From Squalus acanthias (taxonomy: Eukaryota), in contig CM059431.1 of assembly GCA_030390025.1 (NCBI GenBank), forward strand, positions 106,270,001 through 106,334,000: a DNA stretch of 64,000 nucleotides, given 5' to 3'. Positions 50,201-61,366 of the stretch are shown piece by piece (positions within the stretch are counted from its first letter, which is position 1; each line of letters begins with the position of its first letter). The notes beneath the pieces were generated by a model that was not told the DNA's origin, did no database searches, and saw nothing but the letters and a program-made list of their open reading frames with translations. Position numbers and translations under genes: made by a program.

Positions 50201-50562
50201 GGAATATGCTGCCACAAAAAGCTGTAGAAGCTACAACATTAATTAAATTTAAAACAGAAATAGACAGTTTCCTAGAAGTAAAGGGCATTAAGGGTTACGG
50301 GGAGCGGGCAGGAATTTGGACATGAGTCTAGGTTCGGATCGGTCATGGCCCTGTGGGTAGTGGAGCGGGCCCAGGGACTGTGTAGCCTGATTCTGCTCCT
50401 ATTTCGTGTGTGCAATTCTGTTAGATGCAGGAGATGGTTCTGTGATAGATAGTAGATTGGCGGTTAGGATCAGATCAGCCATGATCTTATTGAATGGCGG
50501 AGCAGGCTCGAGGGGCCGATTGGCCTACTCCTGCTCCTATTTCTTATGTTCTTATGTTCTTA
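47270..50562 (+). mobile_element. Young 5'-truncated CR1 LINE nested in the older CR1
   Basis: TSD TGTAATG (47263-47269, 50563-50569); starts in the last codons of ORF1 (GTSVLANRITRAVERALN*); (TTCTTATG)n tail. Confidence 0.95.
47374..50325 (+). CDS. CR1 ORF2: APE endonuclease plus reverse transcriptase, intact, 983 aa
   Basis: YLNARS, ITETW, VYRPP, MGDFN, SDH endonuclease motifs; SPGPDG, YRPVSL, DFQKAFD, GVPQGSVLGP, FADD RT motifs; no stop codons. Confidence 0.97.
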   Translation: MTTERVIDIGSSRGITNQSVAGRDRVCGVKGKLVKSEKAGTKCHKAYLKVLYLNARSIRNKIDELMAQITTYGYDIVAITETWLQGDNAWELNIPGYLTIRKDRQEGRGGGVAMLIKEGITVIQSNDIGSKNHDNETVWVEIRNNKGKKTLVGVVYRPPNSCNSIGRSINQEIVEACNKGTSIIMGDFNYHINWTNQMGQGCLEDEFIECIRDGFLEQYVTEPTRGQATLDLVLCNETGLIKNVLVKDPLGMSDHNMVEFHIQLEGEKVGSQTSVLSLNKGDYEGMRAELSRVDWENRLKGKTTHDQWCTFKELFYNFQKKYIPLKRKGCKRKDSHPWLSKEIKDSIRLKTRAYKVAKSSGRTEDWENFKRQQKITKRLIKKGKIDYESKLGKNIKTDSKSFYSYIKRKRVAKVNVGPLEDETGKLMVGNMEMAKTLNEYFVSVFTVEDTKNIPTLDKQGAIGGEELNTIKITKEVVLGKIMGLKADKSPGPDGLHPRVLKEVAVGIVDALVIIFQNSLDSAKVPADWKTANVTPLFKKGSRQKAGNYRPVSLTSVVGKILESIIKETVTGHLDNHNLIGQSQHGFTKGKSCLTNLLEFFEEVTYRVDKGEPVDVVYLDFQKAFDKVPHKRLLLKVKNHGIGGNILAWIEDWLSNRKQRVGINGSFSDWQSVTSGVPQGSVLGPQLFTIYINDLEEGTKCNISKFADDTKMGGKVVNEEDIKNLQGDIDRLSKWAEIWQMEYNTGKCEVMHFGRKNPRAIYYLNGKKLESTEVQRDLGVLVHETQKVSMQVQQVIKKANGMLAFIARGIEYKNREVLLQLYKVLVRPHLEYCIQFWCPYLRKDILALEAVQKRFIRLIPGMRGWSYEERLGRLGLYSLEFRRMRGDLIETYKIVKGLDRVDAGRMFPMTGETRTRGHSLRIRGCSFKTEMRRNYFTQRVVGPWNMLPQKAVEATTLIKFKTEIDSFLEVKGIKGYGERAGIWT

Positions 50563-52597
50563 TGTAATGAAGGCCAGCATACCATTTGCCTTCCTAATGG
50601 CTTGCTGCACCTGCACATTCACTTTCAGTGACTCATGTACACGGACATCCAGGTCCCTTTGAGCATCTGTATTCCCCAATCTTTCATCTTTAGGATATAC
50701 TCTGCCTTTCTGTTTTTTCTACCAAAGTGGATAACTTCACATTTATCCACATTATATTCCATCTGCCATGTTATCGTCCACTCACTGAGCCTGTCGAGAT
50801 CCCCTTGAAGCCTCTTCATATCCTCTTCACAACTGACACTGCCACCTAGCTTTGTATCATCAGCAAATTTGGAAATGTTACATTTAGTCCCCTCATCTAA
50901 ATCATTGATATCAGATTGTGAATAGCTGGGGCCCAAGCACTGATCCTTGCGGTACCCCACTAGTCACAACCTACCATCCTGAAAAAGACCTGTTTATCCC
51001 TATTCTTTGTTTTCTGTCTGTTAACCAATTCTCAATCCATGCTAGTATATTACCCCCAATTCCATGTGCCCTAATTTTGTTCACCAACCTCTTGTGTGGG
51101 ACCTTATCAAAGGCCTTCTGAAAATCCAAATACACCACATCAACCGGTTCCCCTTTGTCTACTCCAATAGTTACATCCTCAAAGAACTCCAATAGGTTTG
51201 TCAAACAGGATTTCCCTTTCATAAATCCATGTTGACTCTGCCCAATCTTACTATTAGTTTCTAAGTGCCCAGTTATTGCATCCTTAGATTCCAGCATTTT
51301 CCCAACTACTGATGTGAGGCTAATAGGTCTGTAGTTCCCCGTTTTCTCTCTCCCTCCTTTCTTAAATAGCGGGGTTACATTTGCTATCCTCCAATCTGCA
51401 GGAACCGTTCTGGAATCTATAGAATTTTGGAAGATGACAACCAATGCGTCCACTATCCCAATGGCCACCTCTTTCAAAACCCGAGGATGTAGGTCATCCG
51501 GTCCTTGGGATTTATCGACTTTTAGTCCCATTAATTTTGCTAGTACTGTTTTTTTACTAATAATAATCTCTTTAAGGTCCTCATTCTCGCCACACCCTTG
51601 GTTTTCTCATATTTCTGGGAGTTTTTTTTTGTCTTCCTCCGTGAAGACAGAAACAAAGTATTTATTTAATTCTTTGCCATTTCCTCATTCCCCATTATGA
51701 ATTCTCCCGTCTCTGACTGTAAAGGACCTACATTTACCTTCACCAGTCTTTTCCTTTTCACATACCTATAGAAGCTTTTACAATCCATTTTTATAATTTT
51801 TCGCTAGTTTGTGTTCATATTCCATTTTCCCTTTCTTTATCAATTTCTTGGTCCCCCTTTGCTGATTTCTAAAAAGATCCCAATCCTCAGGATGACCGCT
51901 TTTTCTGGCAACTTTATAAGCTTCTCCTTTGACTTAATACAAGCTTTAGTTGATTTTGTTAGCCATGGTTGGATCACTTTTCCTTTTGGGTTTTTATGCC
52001 CTAGAGGAATATATGTTTGTTGCAAATTATGCATTATTTCCTTGAATGCTAGCCATTGTATGTCCACCTTCATACCTTTTAGTGTAGTCTCCCAATCTAC
52101 CATGGCCAACTTGTTCCTCATACCCTTGTAGTTTCCTCTGTTTAAATTGAAGACCTTAGTTTCAGATTGGACGACATCACTCTCAAACTTAATGTAAAAT
52201 TCAATCATATTATGGTCACTTGTCCCTAAAGGCCCCTTTACCACAAGATTATTGATTAGGCCTTTCTCATTACACAGTACTAGATCTAGAATAGCCTGTT
52301 CCCTCCACATACTGATCCAGGAAACCATCTCGCACGCATTCCAAGAATTCGTCCTCCACACCATTAGTGGTAATTTGATTTGCCCAGTCAATATGTGGAT
52401 TAAAGTCCCCCATGATTACCGTATTGCCCTTGTTACATGCACTTCTAATTTCTTGATTGAAACTGTGCCCTACATTACCACTACTGTTTGGTGGCCTATA
52501 CACAACTCCCACCAATGTTTTCCGCCCTTTGCTGTTTCTTAGCTCCACCCAAACTGATTCCAGTTCCACATCACGATCTGCCGTGCCAAGATCTTTT

Positions 52598-53491
52598 GGG
52601 GGAAAAATTCAGTATCGCCCCATTTGGGGCGCAATTATCGGCCGGGCGCAAAGATTAGCGCCTGGCGCTAATTATCGCCTCCGACTGCAAACTTGACTTT
52701 ATCACCCCTGGAGGTGATTGGAGCGCTAAATCAGGTGCTTCACACCTGTCTTAAGGCGCAAAGGCCAAGGAGCGAGGCGCTAACTCAGAGCGCTGGCGAA
52801 GCTCATGTGATGTCAGTCAGCAATGGAACACAGACACAATGGCGCCGGCCAGTTCTTAAAGGGGAGGGTTGATCTTGCTTTCCATCCACATCCTGCTCAT
52901 TGCAGCCTTGAATCTCGGCCTGGAGAGACCTGCACATCAAATTTGCTGGAAAGAACAATGGAGAGGCCCAGGGAAAGAGCTCAGAGTGCAGCCCCCACAG
53001 TCTCTTCTAAATCGATACAAGGAAGGGCAAATCAAAATGAACCTGCAAAGTGCTGCTCAGTACCCAAAACTCCTTCACACAGCGTTGAATCTCTCCAGAA
53101 GTCTCTCTCTCTCTCTCTCTCAGAATGCATGGTTCAAAAATGTCACCAACAATAAAAAGCAGGAAGCGGTCGCCTTTAAATAGCACTCCGCCAGTCCCTT
53201 CCTGACTGCAAAACGCTCTCCTCAACCTGTCGTTGCTAGCGGCAGGTGGTAAGGCAGGGGGCGCCACTCAATATCCGCTCTGGGGCGCTACCGGGACGTT
53301 GCGCACTCGACTGACATCACGATCTGCCAGCGCAGGAGATCGTGGCGGTAGTGTTTAGCGCCGCCGCAAAATGTCTAGTTAATTTCGCGAACGGCGCAAA
53401 CATCGCCGCGCCCGGGCGCTAGTTGCTTTGCGCCCCATTAGCGCCCTCTTAAGGCGCTAACGGGAGGCGCAACAAACTGAATTTTCCCCCC
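52598..53491. mobile_element. GC-rich Harbinger-like MITE inserted in the endonuclease region of the old CR1
   Basis: TIRs GGGGGAAAAATTCAGT / ACTGAATTTTCCCCCC; 3-bp TSD TTT; CR1 sequence resumes on both sides. Confidence 0.75.
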
Positions 53492-53884
53492 TTTATCTCT
53501 ACCGTACCGATCTCATCCCTTATTAACAGCGTTACGCCACCTCCTTTTCCTTTTTGTCTGTGCTTCCGAAATGTTGAGTACCCTGGAACATTCAGTTCCC
53601 AGCTTTGGTGACCCTGCAACCATGTCTCTTTAATGGCAATTACATCATATCCATTTACCTTCTATTTGTGCCATTAATTCATCCACATTGTTGCAAATGC
53701 TACATGCATTCAGATAAAGTGCATTTAACTTTGCCTGTTTAATATTTTTCTGCACTTTGACCCTCTTTACTGTTGGCCTTTGTTTCTGCTCCCTACTAGT
53801 TTTGCTGACTACTTTTCGAACTTGCACTTCCAGTTTTGTTTCTCTCCTTTCTGGGCCCACACTTAGGTTCCCAGCCCTGACAAA

Positions 53885-54825
53885 CTAGTTTAAATCCTTC
53901 GCAACAGCAATAGCAAACCCCCCCCTGTGAGGATATTGGTCCCAGTTCTGCCGAGGTGTAATCTGTCCAACTTGTACAGGTCCCACCTTCTCCAATGCCT
54001 CAGGAATTTAAATCCCTCCCTCCTACATCATCTCTTCAGCCACGCATTCATCTGGTCTATTCTCCTATTTCTGCTCTTGCTAGCATGTGGCACTGGGAGT
54101 AATCCTGAGATTACTACTTTTGAGGTCCTGCTTTTTAATCTGTTACCTAGCTCCCTAAATTCTGCTTGCAGGACATCATCCCTCTTTCTACCTATGTTGT
54201 TGATACCAATATGGACCATGACCTCTGTCTGTTCACCCTCCCCGTTCAGAATGTCCTGCAGCCGCTCAGTGACATCCTTGACGCTGGCACCAGGGAGGTA
54301 ACATACCATCCTGGAGTCACGTCTGCGGCCACAGAAACGTCTATTTGTTCCCCTTACGATAGAATCCCCTATCACTATTGCTCTCCCACTCTTTTTCCTC
54401 CCATCCTGTGCAGCTGAGCCACTCGTAGTGCCACGGACTTGGCTCTTGCTGGATTCCCCTGAGAAACCATCTCCCCCAGCATTATCCAAAACGGAAAATC
54501 TGTTGGAGAGGGAGATGGACCCAGGGGACTCCTGCACTACCTTCCTAGTTCTTTTACTCTGTCTGGCGGTCACCCATTCCCTTTCTGCCTGTGCACTCTT
54601 TACCTGTGGTGTGACCACCTCGTTATACGTGCTATCCACATAGATCTCAGCCTCGCGGATGCTCCACAGTGACTCCAGCCGCAGCTCCAGATCCAAAACG
54701 CGGATTTTGAGTAGCTGCAGCTGGAGACACTTCCTGTACACATGTTCGCCCTGGACACCGAAAGTGTCCCTGACTTCCCACATAGCACAGGAGGAGCACT
54801 CCACGCTGCCGAGCTGCCCTGCCAT
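53885..54825 (-). pseudogene. CR1 ORF1 (zinc finger, leucine zipper, SGNH esterase), frameshifted near the C-terminus
   Basis: CSSC...KC, LELRLESL zipper, NRFSVL, VIGDSIVR, LPGA, VHIGINN in ORF 54028-54825. Confidence 0.88.
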
Positions 54826-56717
54826 GTCCTACCCTTAATTTACTCTCTTTACTTCCTCTAAATTAAAGAATATTAAATACACTAGGGACCTTACTTCACC
54901 TAACACACTACTTACTCTAAACTAGAGACCTTACTTTTCTTTAATAACTGGACTGTAGAAATACTCAGCAGGTCCTACTTACCAATCAGCTCCTTCCCTA
55001 GTTGTGACATCACTTTAGTGGTTTTGCAGTTGTTGTTGTTGTTTGACTGCTCCCTAAGAGGGCGCTAACAGGGCACAAATCAACTAGCGCCCAGGCACGG
55101 CGCCGCTAACGCCTCCCGCGAAATTCAGCGGGAGGTTAGTGGCGGCGCTAACCGTTAGTGCGGTGCAGTGCCGCCGCCGATTAAGTCATTGCCGTGCGCA
55201 GCGCCCCGCTCGTGCCCCGCCTGTAATATTGGGTGGCGCCCCCTGACTTACCGCCGGACGCTATGTCCGCCGGGGTCAGGGGGGCCTACCTGCGGCCGGG
55301 GCTGCGCTAGTTAAAGGGGAGGTAGCAGGTGGCCATTTTTGTTGCTGGGCCTGCCCCCGTTGCTGTCTGCGGCCCCCGTGAAGTCCCCCCGCGGGGTGCC
55401 GGCTGCTCTCTGTGAGCCCGGCACTCCTCTTGAGTGTCGGGCTCGTTTGCCGGCACTCCCGATCCCTGGTGGCCCAGCTGGGCGCCGGCATGCGCTGTGC
55501 CACGCCCCTCCCCTTTAATAAGGGGAGGAAGGTCTGAAATACCGCGGCGCGACGTGCCGCTGCGCGTGGCACTGCGGCATGTAGCGCCGCGATATTGGCT
55601 CGCAGTGCCCCAAGAGGGACGCGGGGTGCTTCCAGTCGCGCCCCTCCTCCCTCTCGGGGCGCTACCTGGGAAAATCGGCTGCGGGGGCGCTAACTTTTTC
55701 GGGGCGCTAAAATTAGGAGCGCTACCCAATTTTTACCCCCAAGTCTCTTGATTTTCTGTCGAGAAACCCATTTTAAGTCCGTGCTTTAAAAAAAAAAATT
55801 ATTCCTGAATAATTACCCTATTCTTTGATCAATAAACTTTCCCTGTGAAGGACACATGTTTCCCTGGTTTCCTTGACGATGGTCCTCTATTTTCACCCAA
55901 TGTACTCATGAAGGCGAACACATGAAAAAGCAATGAAATTGTTCTAGGTTCTAAGTAAAGAAATGTATCAGAATATGCCAGGTTGAGACTGATGTACCGC
56001 ATATTATAACCCATATTACATAAACATGTGCGTTGAAAGATGGCAAATAATCCCCTTCGTGACGCTCAATTACTTTCCTGTGAGGATGTAGATATTCTCC
56101 CTCCACACAGCATGTAATGTCCTCAGTTTATAAATCACTAAAACTTGTTTAAGGGTTTCTAATAAGACGCCTTTCTCTCTCATTTCATTTCTAGATTACC
56201 AGTCGTTTTTTTCTCTCCAAATTCCATTCTTTGTTAAAAATGAGGCACTATCTTAGATAGGAGAATGCAGGAGGGGAAAACAAAGAGATAAATTGTGAAT
56301 CTGCAGACATTTTTAAACATTGAGATTCAAAGGTGGCATGTGGTTATCTATCTGAGAAATGGAATGACATTTTTTTAATTATATTTAAATGTGGTGCCGG
56401 CCAACATTCGACCTCGCCACCATTTCTCAGCTTAGAAGATGGAGGGATGCTGTTCAATACAGTACGGCCACAGCAGGATAAATACCTGCTATTAACATCT
56501 TTGATGGGAACAAATGGCTTTATAGAATATTGACTTCTTGAGCAAATTAACCTTTCAGTTAAAATTCAGTCCATGCGAACAGGAGTATAAATTTCATTAA
56601 ACTATACGCTCGGCTTTTGGCCAGCATGTATTCCTTTGTGGTGAAGACATACTGTCTTATAATCTACCAAATTTTTATTTCTTTTCTTCATCCATCTGGC
56701 CTGACACATCTAATCAG

Positions 56718-57310
56718 GAGGCTAGAATACAAGGGGATCGAAGTTATGCTGCAGCTATCCAAGGCCCTGGTTAGACCACACCTGGAGTACTGGGAGCAGT
56801 TCTGGGCACCACACCTTAGGGAGGATATATTGGCCTTAGAGGGAGTGCAGCGTAGGCTTACCAGAATGATACCCGGACTCCAAGGGTTAAATTACGAGGA
56901 GAGATTGCACAAACTAGGGTTGTATTCCCTGGAATTTAAGGATTTATTTGATCGAAGTTTTCAAGATATTAAGGGGAACTGATAGGGTAGATAGAGAGAA
57001 ACTATTTCTGCTGTTTGGGGAGTCTAGGACTAGTAGGCATAGTCTAAAAATTAGAGCCAGACCTTTCAGGAGTGAAATTAGGAAACACTTCTACACACAA
57101 AGGGTGGTAGAAGTTTGGAACTCTCGTCCGCAAATGGCAATTGATGCTAGATCAATTGCTAATTTTAAATTTGAGATTGATAGATTTTTGATAACCAAAG
57201 GTATTGAGGGATATGGGCCAAAGGCAGGAGATGGTCACAGATCAGGCATGATCTCATTGAATGGTGGAACAGGCTTGAGGGGCTAAATGTCCTACGTTCC
57301 TATGTTCCTG
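56718..57310 (+). mobile_element. CR1 LINE 3' fragment
   Basis: ORFs 56617-56982 and 56948-57286; same subfamily as 5228. Confidence 0.9.
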
Positions 57311-57359
57311 TGTATGTATGTGTGCGCCATGCTCCCGACCATCAATCACTACATCGTTG

Positions 57360-57840
57360 GTGTCAGCTGTGGCTCAGTGGGTAGCACACTCGCCTCTGAG
57401 TCAGAAGGTTGTGGGTTCAAGTCCCACTCCAGGGACTTGAGCACAAAAATCTAGGCTGACACTCCACTCCAGTGCAGTGCTGAGGGAGCGCTGCACTGTC
57501 GGAGGTGCTGTCTTGCGGATGAGACGATAAACCCGAGGCTCCGTCTGCTCTCTCAGGTGGACGTAAAAGATCCCACAGCCACTATTGGAAGAAGAGCAGG
57601 GGAGTTTTCCCCGGTGTCCTGGCCAATATTTATCCCTCAACTAACATAACAAAAGAAAAAACAGATTATCTGGTCATTATCACATTGCTGTTTGTGGGAG
57701 CTTGCTGTGCGCAAATTGGCTGCCGCGTTTCCCACATTACAACAGTGACTACACTCCAAAAAAGTACTTCATTGGCTGTAAAGCGCTTTGGGACGTCCAG
57801 TGGCCGTGAAAGGCGCTATAGAAATGTAAGTCTTTCTTTC
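57360..57840 (+). mobile_element. Deu-domain tRNA SINE, full length
   Basis: A box TGGCTCAGTGG, B box GGTTCAAGTCC, Deu core, tail. Confidence 0.9.
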
Positions 57841-59096
57841 CTAGCAGAGGTTACATTTATAGCAGGGTGATCCAATCCTCTGTTTTGCCTCCCCTCAACA
57901 CGTAGCACTTTCATTGAAAAGAGGCCTAAACCTTTGCTCTGGCAGGCAAGCTTGAATGACAGACACTTCTGAGACTCGAGCTTGCGCCTAACTGGTTTAG
58001 ATGCAGGTGGTCCACAGCCTGTGCTGGCGGGCTCCCTCCGTTTATTATCCCTAGTTTCCCATATGTTTTCCTTTATTTTCCCGCGAAGGTCTCCACCGAT
58101 TCTCTTGCAGTCAGAATGTCCACTGTTAACAATCTGTTAGGACAGAAGCCACACTGTGAGGTGTTCTCTTCTGAGGAGGCATACTCCAGTCGCGTGGGGT
58201 GTCCCATCTGGGCTTAGCCGGAAAACCGGCAAAAGCCTGTCTCATGGTGCACAGCGAACAGATTGGAAGATATCAGGCAGTCCTGAGATTCAAGTCACTG
58301 ACCACAGGAACATAAAGCATGTGCTTTAACCATAGAATAACTATGAGATTCTCTCTGCTGCCTTACCTTTAAAAATGAGCAGAACCAGCTATCGCTGGAT
58401 TTATATAGAAACAGATATGGCAAAAGTAAGACTGATGCATTTTCATGAATTTAGGTTCAGACTCAAATTGGCACGGGGCAATGAGTATTTTGTTTTGGGA
58501 TATAGTTTTGCAGGCGCTGGGTGCCATCTGGTACATCTTACAAGTGGTCATTATGGCATGTGTGAGCAGGGACTGTGATTGTAATCCAGCTATTTGACCA
58601 AATAGGGCATCACATCTGAGCCCCAATCTTAGTCACAGTGAAATATTACACATGTACAGAGATCTTTAAAGAAAGACTTGCATTTCAATAGCGCCTTTTC
58701 ATGACCACCGGACATCCCAAAGCGCTTTACAGCCAATGAAGTACTTTTGAAGTGTAGTCACTGTTGTAATGTGGGAAACGCAGCAGCCAGGTTGCGTACA
58801 GCAAGCTCCCACAAACAGCAATGCGATAATGACCAGATAATTTGTTTTAGTGATGTTGATTGAGGGATAAATATTGGCCAGGACACTGGGGCTAACTCCC
58901 CTGCTCTTCTTCAAAATAGTGCCATAGGATCTTTTACGTCCACCTGAGAGGGCAGACGGGGCCTCAGTTTAACAGCTCATCCGAAAGACGGCACCTCTGA
59001 CAGTGCAGCACTCCCTCAGTATTGCACTGGAGTGTCAGCCTAGATTTTTGTGCTCAAGTCCCTGGAGTGGGAGCAAGGATGTCTTACTACAGTTAT

Positions 59097-59307
59097 GATG
59101 CGGAGATGCCGGTGTTGGACTGGGGTGGACAAAATTGAGAGGTCGCACAACACCAGGTTATAGTCCAACAGTTTTATTTTAAATCACAAGCTTTCGGAGT
59201 TACAACTCCTTCCTCACTTCACCCGACGAAGGAGTTGTAACTCCGAAAGCTTGTGATTTAAAATAAAACTGTTGGACTATAACCTGGTGTTGTGCGACCT
59301 CTCAATT
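59097..59307. mobile_element. Penelope-like fold-back insertion (family A), 211 bp
   Basis: 13-bp TSD TTACTACAGTTAT (59084-59096, 59308-59320); ~78-bp inverted arms; hammerhead with variant core CCGACGA at 59219-59256. Confidence 0.8.
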
Positions 59308-59547
59308 TTACTACAGTTATACAGGGCCTTGGTGAGACCACACCTGGAGTACTGTGTGCAGTTTTGGTCTCCTTACCTAAGAAAGGATATACTTGCCATA
59401 GAGGGAGTGCAGCGAAGGTTCACCAGACTGATTCCTGGGATGGCAGGACTGTCGTATGAGGAGAGATTAGGTCGACTAGGCCTGTATTCACTAGAGTTTA
59501 GAAGAATGAGAGGGGCATCTCATTGAAACGGATAAAATTCTGACAGG

Positions 59548-59852
59548 ATACGATAGCAAAATACTGCGGATGCTGGAAATCCGAAATAACAACAGAAAAC
59601 GCTGGAAAAACTCAGCAGGCCAGGCAGCATCCGTGGAGAGAGAAAGAGAGTTGACGTTTCAGGTCGATGACCTTTCATCAGAACTGGGAAGAGCTGGAAA
59701 TCAAATAGATTTAAGGCCAGGGTAAAGCTGGGAAAAGGGGGAGGGGATAAAGGAACAAAGGAGGAGATGAAGAGACATTAAGAGACATTAAGAGATATGC
59801 AAGGCTAGAGGTGGTGTTAATGTGACAGATTAAGGCTGAATGAAGTGTGAAA
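59548..59852 (-). mobile_element. Penelope-like insertion (family B), 305 bp
   Basis: TSD GACAGG (59542-59547, 59853-59858); aligns to the 14209-14608 arms. Confidence 0.78.
59649..59685 (-). ncRNA. Minimal hammerhead ribozyme motif with canonical GUC triplet
   Basis: AGUU-CUGAUGA-A-AGGUC auc GACCU-GAAA-CG-UC-AACU. Confidence 0.8.
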
Positions 59853-60269
59853 GACAGGGCTAGACAGACTGGATGCAGGGAGGATGTTTCCCCTGGCTGG
59901 GGGGGTCTAGAACGAGGAGTCACAGTCTCAGGATACGGGGTAGGACATTTAGGACTGAGATGAGGAGAAATTTCTTCACTCAGAGGGTGGTGAACCTGTT
60001 GAATTCTCTACCCCAGAAGGCTGTGGAGGCCAAGTCACTGAATATATTTATGAAGGAGATAGATAGATTTCTAGACACAAAAGGCATCAAGGGGTATGGG
60101 GAGAGAGCGGGAATATGGTATTGAGATAGAGGATCAGCCATGATCATATTGAATGGTGGAGCAGGCTCGAAGGGCCGAATGGCCGACTCCTGCTCCTATT
60201 TTTCTATGTTTCTATGAACCCACAACCTTCTGACTCAGAGGCGGGGGTGCTACCCACTGAGCCATGGCT

Positions 60270-60420
60270 GATAGCGATCAGGAACAGGAACCATGGCCAA
60301 TTTCCCTTTCCCTAACCTATGAGCACTAAGGCCCATTGCAGCAACCCAGTTTCTGTTGCCTCCACCTGAGCTCAGTTAACTCAACACAGACTAGGGATCA
60401 AACCCGGTGTTTTCTTGGTC
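60270..60420 (-). mobile_element. Ancient tRNA-SINE 5' part (UCON3/AmnSINE2-like)
   Basis: Reverse complement aligns to 23035-23135. Confidence 0.5.
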
Positions 60421-61366
60421 TGTACAGTTCACTTACTGGATACAGATGCTGACTTATCAGGGGAGCCGGCCGTTGAGTAGATTATCAATTAAATACAGGG
60501 AAACTCTCAGGTTCCTGGTTTATAATGAAACCCTTGTCGAGACTGATGCAAACACCAGATATTCAAATTATCTAACGAGAGTGAGATCCTACGAAATGCA
60601 TTATGTATTAACCCAGCATGCCAATGCTGTCGGGCAGGAATAGCAAGCAATTAAATAAACCTGTTCTGCCTGGAAATGTGAATGTCTGCCAGTGCACTTT
60701 CAAGCATTTCCCAAGAAAACAATGTCTTTTATTAAATTACGTTTGCTTTGCATATTGAGCAGACTACTCAAGCAGTACTGGAAGATATTTGTCTTGGATA
60801 ACAGCAGATTAATTGTTTTGGTCGCTTAATCATATTCAAAATGAAAATGGGTAAATTATACAAGGGGTGTGTTTCTCACAAAAAATCCTTGCATATTTTC
60901 TCTTTCCACCATCTCCCTGGATCCTCCCTGAAGCAACAGCCATGCTTAGTCAGTCAGAGTCGGGCATATTAATGTGTCGAGGACATCTTGAAGTGTTCTT
61001 CCTGTGGGCGTTGAATGACCTCTTTTTCTGGGAGCCCAGATTAAAGACCTCAATGCACACCATTAGATTATACCAACAACACAGTCTGAAATACTGGGGG
61101 GGGGGGGGGGGGAATTTGATGAGTTAATTTTCACTGAGATTGCTGGATGAAACCATACGGCCTCGGTGGAGCCGAGTTTGAACCAAGTGTGTAGCAGCAC
61201 TGCATTATTTTAAATTCAAGCCATTCTAAGCAACGGCTTGGAATGTCTGCAAGGTGAAACCTTTTGAGACCTGCGTAGCTAAGTTTGGAAACAGTGCACA
61301 ACTTTATCAAAATCAAGCAACATATTGAACTGCTGTTTCGAACCTCTGGAAGACTCTTACATGGCA

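Larger units (their letters stand above)
46648..55049 (-). mobile_element. Full-length decayed CR1 LINE (about 4.2 kb net of two insertions)
   Basis: 5' UTR, ORF1, then collinear ORF2 pieces (53645-53860, 52270-52569, 51840-52391, 50971-51531, 50625-50960, 46771-47211) and (AACATAAG)n tail. Confidence 0.93.
46613..55740. mobile_element. GC-rich Harbinger-like MITE split by a CR1 (own sequence 46613-46647 and 55050-55740)
   Basis: Joining ...CCTCCCGTTAG to CTCCCTAAGAGGGCGCTAA matches the reverse complement of 53440-53491; AAG duplicated on both flanks. Confidence 0.7.
59073..60215 (+). mobile_element. CR1 3' fragment carrying two Penelope-like insertions
   Basis: ORFs 59272-59526 and 59873-60124; TTTCTATG tail. 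Confidence 0.9.
58668..60270 (-). mobile_element. Deu-domain SINE split by a CR1 (own sequence 58668-59072 and 60216-60270)
   Basis: SINE stops at GGAGTGGGA and resumes GAACCCACAACCTTCTGACTCAGAG. Confidence 0.85.

Noticed and set aside
52823..53155. MERPRERA peptide as a relic of a Harbinger Myb/SANT protein
   Set aside because: Only a few residues, with no downstream domain; insufficient support.
57360..57432. tRNA gene
   Set aside because: The A and B boxes belong to the SINE head, which continues into the Deu core; the same holds for the other SINE heads.
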